Origin: Mantamonas sphyraenae STR306
Lineage: Eukaryota; Protista; CRuMs
Direction: 5' to 3'
Length of the DNA stretch: 64,000 bases
Assembly: GCA_026936335.1 (NCBI GenBank)
Contig: JAPMXV010000067.1
Coordinates: forward strand, 329,356-393,355
The notes under the pieces are model-generated. The model did no database searches and was not told where the DNA came from. It saw only the letters and a program-made list of their open reading frames with translations. Position numbers and translations under genes: made by a program. Below are positions 59,987 to 64,000 of this stretch, in pieces. Each line of letters starts with the position of its first letter. Within the stretch, counting starts at the first letter, position 1.

Positions 59987-62900
59987 TCATTCAAGGCGTT
60001 GGCGTTTGGAGAGGAGGAGGAGGAGGAGGAGGAAGGTTCTTTGCGCTTGGGGAGGGTGAAGGAGGGGATGGGGTAGGCGTTGACGAGTGCGATGGTGGTG
60101 GGGCGTGTGGTGATGTGGGGTGTAATGCGGTCGATGAGAGTGTGAAGGAGGGTGTGCAGTGTGGCGTCGCTGGGTTTTGGATTGTCGAGCCAGGCGATCT
60201 TGAGGGAGAGGGAGGTGACGCCACGGTTGAGGGTGTTGCTGATTGCAGAGATGACCTGCTGGTAGGTGAGGCGTGGTCTGAGGAGGCGGAGAAAGAAGGC
60301 CAGGTCGACAGGCGGCACGCCAACGTTGCCCAGCGCCAGGATGATGTGTCGCAGCAGGGACTGCAGGTTGCCGTTGTTGATCAGCTCACGCAGAGCATGG
60401 TGCTCGTGTGCATGCTGATGGCGAGGGTGCATGGCTGCGCGTGCCTTCATGTGTGCCAGCAGCGACTGGAACTCCCGCTCAGTGCAGCTCCCTCGCTCGT
60501 CGTTGTGCAGGTGTGTGATCCAGCCACTGCGCACAGACTCTGGATGCCACAGTTCCACCTTGGCGGTGGCAAGGTGGTGGTCGTAGTCGCATTGTGTCCA
60601 GTGTGGGTCGCTGTCGTTGTCAGCAGGGCGTCGTGCTTTCTGCAGCCACAGCTGGGTCTGCTCGTGCTCCTTCCAGGTGGTGGGATGGAGCCTGTCGCCG
60701 AGAGTGTCCATCTCTGTCATGAGCAGGTGGAGGAGGGCGTAGTTGGGGTCGCCATGGTCGTGTGGCTCCTCCAGCCAGCACACCTTCAACCCAGTCTTTG
60801 TCACACCCATGGTCAAACCAGCGTTGTCGATGGCACGGATGCACGCATGTTGATCCAAGTCACGGCCGAGAAGAGTGAGGCATAAGGCCATGTCACCCTG
60901 GGAGAGGGGAATGTTGCCCAGAGCGAGCTGAATCTGTCGGACCAGCGCCAACAGGGTGCCATGGCAGACCACAACACGCGCCTGCAGGGTCATGAGGTCT
61001 GAGATGTCGTCGATGGGATGCTCATTGGCCAGGGTGTGCATGTGGTTCAGCAGTGCCGTGTGCTCGTTCTTGTTGCTGTGGCTGCGCTCGTCACTGCGCC
61101 AGTTTGCCCAACCACTGCGCACAACGCCATCTGGCAGTCCATCCTCCACGGCCATCTTCTCCTCCTTCGTTGGCTCGGGCAGAACAAGCTTGGGGATGTC
61201 GAGAGCGTTGACGAGTGCGGGGGTGGTGGGGCGGGTGGTGATGTGAGGTGTGATGCGGTCGATGAGGGTGTGGAGGAGGGTGTGCAGTGTGGCGTCGCTG
61301 GGTTTGGGGTTGTCGAGCCAGGCGATCTTGAGGGAGAGGGAGGTGACGCCACGGGCGAGGGTGGCAGTGACGGCAACTTGAACCTTCCTGTAGGTGAGAT
61401 GTGGCCTGAGGAGGCGGACAAAGAAGGCCAGGTCGACAGGCGGCACACCAACGTTGCCCAGCGCCAGGATGATGTGTCGCAGCAGGGACAGCTTGCTACC
61501 GTTGTTGATCAGTTCACGCAGTGCTTGGTGTTCGTGTGCATGCTGATGACGAGGGTGCTTGGCTGCGCGTGCCTTCATGTGTGCCAGCAGCGTCTGGAAC
61601 TCCCGCGCCGTGCAGCTGCCACGCTCGTCTGCGGATGTGCTCCAGCCACTGTGCACAGACTCAGGATGCCACTTGTCCACCTTGGTGGTGTTAAGTTGGT
61701 GGTCGTAGTCGCATTGTGTCCAGTGTGGGTCGCTGTCGTTGTCAGCAGGGCGTCGTGCTTCCTGCAGCCACAGTTGTGTCTTCTTGTGCTCCTTCCAGGT
61801 GGTTGGGTGGGGCCTGTCGCCGAGACGGTCCACCTCTGTCATGAGCAGGTGGAGGAGGGCGTAGTTGGGGTCGCCCTGGTCGTGTGGCTCCTCCAGCCAG
61901 CACACCTTCAACCCAGCCTTTGTCACACCCATGGCCAGACCGGCGTCACGGATGGCATTGCTGCACGCCTGTTGATCCATGTTGCGGCCGAGAAGGGTGA
62001 GGCAGAGTGCCATGTCGCCCTGGGAGAGGGGAATGTTGCCCAGAGCGAGCTGAATTTGTCGGATCAGCGTGCGCAGGGTGCCATGGCAGACCACAACACG
62101 CGCCTGCAGGGTCATAAGGTCTGGGATGTCGTCGATGGGATGCTCATTGGCCAGAGTGTGCATGTGCTTCAGCAGTGCCGTGTGCTCCTTGTTGTTGCTG
62201 TGGCTGCGCTCGTCACCGGGTCCCATTGTCCACCCTTTGCGCACAACGCCATCTGGCAACTTGTTCTTCCTGTTCATGTTTGCTTTCTTCTGTGCGCCCG
62301 TGTCTCCGTTCTTGGCCCTCCTTGCCCGTGTGCTCGACGTCCCTGTCTCTGTGCCCCTGCCAGCCGTGGCTCTGATTCTGCGCTGTCCGCTGCCTTTCAT
62401 CGAGTGTGAACCAGTGCGACGGCTGGTGCTGCCTCTGCGACGTTGTTCGTGGCCTCCATTTGTGCCTCTCGGCTGCCATTCGTCCGCGTCCTCCTGCTCC
62501 ATGTCGTCTGCGTCGTCGTCGCTGTCGTCTTGTGGCATGTACTCCTCATCCATGGCATCACCAGTGTCTGCGAAGCTAAGTGCGCCCTGAGTTTCCAACT
62601 CGTCGTCCACATGCAACGGGGTTGCGTCGTTTGCCTCGCCGTCTTCTTCGTACGCCTCCATCCATGAGCTGGTCCTCCACTCTGGGTTGCTGGAGACTGA
62701 CCGTGGTTCACGGTGGCCAAAGTTCAGGAACATCAGGTCCTCCACGTCGCCAGTGTCATGTGTGTGTGTGTCCTGGTCTGCGTCGTTGGCGTCGCTGTCT
62801 CCAGTCTGTCGTGTGGCCTGGTGGGAGGAGGACGACGATGTGGTGGTGGATGTGGTCCGTGTGATACCGACATAGGCAGAGCTGAGGCGTTTGGGGACGC

Positions 62901-63557
62901 GGTTGTGGTTTGTGGTGGGTTGAGCAGGCGGAGGGTGCAACGGAGGCTGAGCGACGTGCACCTGGGCGGATTGTCGCGCCTGAGGAGGCGGCGGAGGAGG
63001 GTAGGCGTAGTATGGGTGGCCCTGATGAGCATTTGCGTAGTGCTGCTGGGAGTGGGTGTTGACAGGGACCCAGATGATGGGTGGTTGTGGGTGCTGGTAC
63101 GGGTTTTGTACGCCAGAGACGGACAGCATGTTCGGAAACGGCTGGGCAGCCATGGGAGGGACCATGTACGCGTAGCTGTGGGGAGACGGGGAGGGGAAAG
63201 GCGGGGTGGGAACGGTGAGCGGAAGGCGCTATGGACGCCGTCAGGGCAGAGGCGGGGGTGAAGGGAGGCTGGAACGAGCAAAGAGGGAAAACGGAGGAGA
63301 TTGGCAGACCGGGAAACTGGCAACGGGGAGGGCAGTGACAGGGGAGATGGGATCGGAGAAGAGCGGAGAAGGCAGCGACGGTGGTGATGGGGAAGTGGAG
63401 ATGCAGGGGAGGAGTGCAGTGAAGCGACAGAGGCATGGAGGAGGCAAGCAAGCGGGAGATGCGGGCAGTCAAAAAACGGAGTGGAAGGCAGAACGCACGC
63501 TGGGTAGGTGTTGGGTGTGTGCTGTTGCTTCGGAGTGCTTGAGTAGTCGTTGTCCAT
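59987..63557 (-). CDS. Unknown telomere-adjacent protein: P/Q/H-rich and acidic N-terminus, basic patch, four homologous helical modules; intron 63176-63498; 3' end uncertain (59987 or 59785)
   Basis: The GTGCGT...CACAG intron joins MDNDYS...TYPA in frame to YAYMVPP of the 1126-aa ORF; large internal duplication with frame preserved. Confidence 0.75.
60077..62259 (-). repeat. Intragenic tandem duplication: 61205-62259 and 60077-61137, 1122-bp offset at the starts
   Basis: Long identical DNA stretches in both copies, from LPDGVVR to ALVNA. Confidence 0.95.
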
Positions 63558-63830
63558 GATGGTGGTGGTGGTACTGGAGTGTATGTGGATTGTGTTGACC
63601 TGGTGGAGGGGGTTGTGGGTGTTGGTGATACTTTGGTTGAAGGCGGATGGGCAGTGCTGACTGCGCAGCGTTGCCAGACGACGGCCACTCACAAGCGACA
63701 TTTTCACTCCCACCCATTGTCCACTGCCCCGTTTCACACACAACTCTGCCACCCACCAGCAGACACAAGCACAACTCACTTAACCTAGACCGAAATCACC
63801 ACGACACCATATACAGCTGAAGACATTGGA

Positions 63831-64000
63831 TTAGGGTTAGGGTTAGGGTTAGGGTTAGGGTTAGGGTTAGGGTTAGGGTTAGGGTTAGGGTTAGGGTTAG
63901 GGTTAGGGTTAGGGTTAAGTTAGGGTTAGGGTTAGGGTTAGGGTTAGGGTTAGGGTTAGGGTTAGGTTAGGGTTAGGTTAGGGTTAGGGTTAGGGTTAGG
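63831..64000 (+). repeat. Telomeric (TTAGGG)n array, chromosome end
   Basis: Continuous TTAGGG units to the window end, G-rich strand pointing outward, with a few TTAGG/TTAAG variants. Confidence 0.98.

Noticed and set aside
60077-62259. 1.1-kb direct repeats as LTRs, or a telomeric retroelement
   Set aside because: The repeats are adjacent, in frame and coding; I saw no reverse transcriptase, integrase or transposase motifs.
63910-63985. Variant telomere units TTAAG and TTAGG
   Set aside because: Sparse and near the contig end; indistinguishable from consensus errors.

Overview
This is the right-hand end of a chromosome from a compact, GC-rich, intron-containing eukaryote that uses the standard code. 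It is most likely a flagellated protist (inference from gene content). About 20 tightly packed genes run to within ~270 bp of a (TTAGGG)n telomere at 63831-64000. Recognisable genes: a redoxin-domain protein, DYRK1 (with an apparent 1-nt frameshift), an SLC12A9-like transporter, a DIVARICATA-like multi-SANT MYB, a P4-ATPase, a PKD-domain CatSper-beta-like protein, BDP1, LTA4H, CLASP, an N-acylated kinesin-14, an RNI-type LRR/coiled-coil protein, IQCB1, CEP120, CPLANE1, an LRR multi-TM protein, SPT5, GPD1, a bacterial-looking GT-C glycosyltransferase and WDR37. The most striking item is the telomere-adjacent gene. It has a low-complexity N-terminus and four homologous ~150-aa helical modules (A-B-A'-B') with a conserved scaffold and variation concentrated at three positions, one lying on a single helix face. 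It is a candidate modular, diversifying sequence-recognition protein. All family calls come from motif recognition by eye; no searches were run.
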